A DNA stretch of 63,658 bases, filler included, from Octopus bimaculoides (Eukaryota), in the NCBI RefSeq assembly GCF_001194135.2. It is 7 parts of 7 records of this genome, joined end to end, with 100 filler letters (N's around TTAATTAATTAA, not from the genome) between each part and the next. Parts side by side here need not be neighbours in the genome. Positions count along the whole stretch, not along the records: positions 61,491 to 63,658 come from NC_068983.1; 6 more parts are not named here. One strand, given 5' to 3'. Below the pieces are notes generated by a model that was given only the letters and a program-made list of their open reading frames with translations, did no database searches and was not told the origin of the DNA. The position numbers were made by a program, and so were the translations under genes. Positions 63,618 to 63,658 of this stretch are shown one piece after another (the stretch's first letter is position 1; every line of letters begins with the position of its first letter).

Positions 63618-63658
<41 letters not shown>

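Overview
Gappy, AT-rich, microsatellite-saturated animal genomic DNA. The tRNA-derived SINE families point to an octopod cephalopod, probably Octopus (inference). The window is not contiguous: six identical synthetic 100-nt spacers (44 N + TTAATTAATTAA + 44 N) join seven blocks. The only confidently identified host gene is one large first coding exon of an SLC19 folate/thiamine transporter (15178-16120, +). Its downstream exons could not be found. Several unidentified minus-strand exon candidates lie in a CpG-depleted block. The rest is mostly transposon-derived: about 30 copies of four SINE families, RTE, HERO-like, Tc1 and mariner remnants, small TIR/foldback elements and a possible solo LTR. 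The most unusual object is a near full-length Penelope-like retroelement (about 48.4-52.1 kb). It has an inverted terminal repeat, a type I minimal hammerhead ribozyme candidate in each repeat, and a GIY-YIG endonuclease whose GIY and YIG motifs are separated by an 800-nt codon-structured Thr/Asn/Ser-rich insert. No CRISPR array, rRNA or genuine tRNA gene was seen. All family assignments come from motif recognition by eye; no searches were run.
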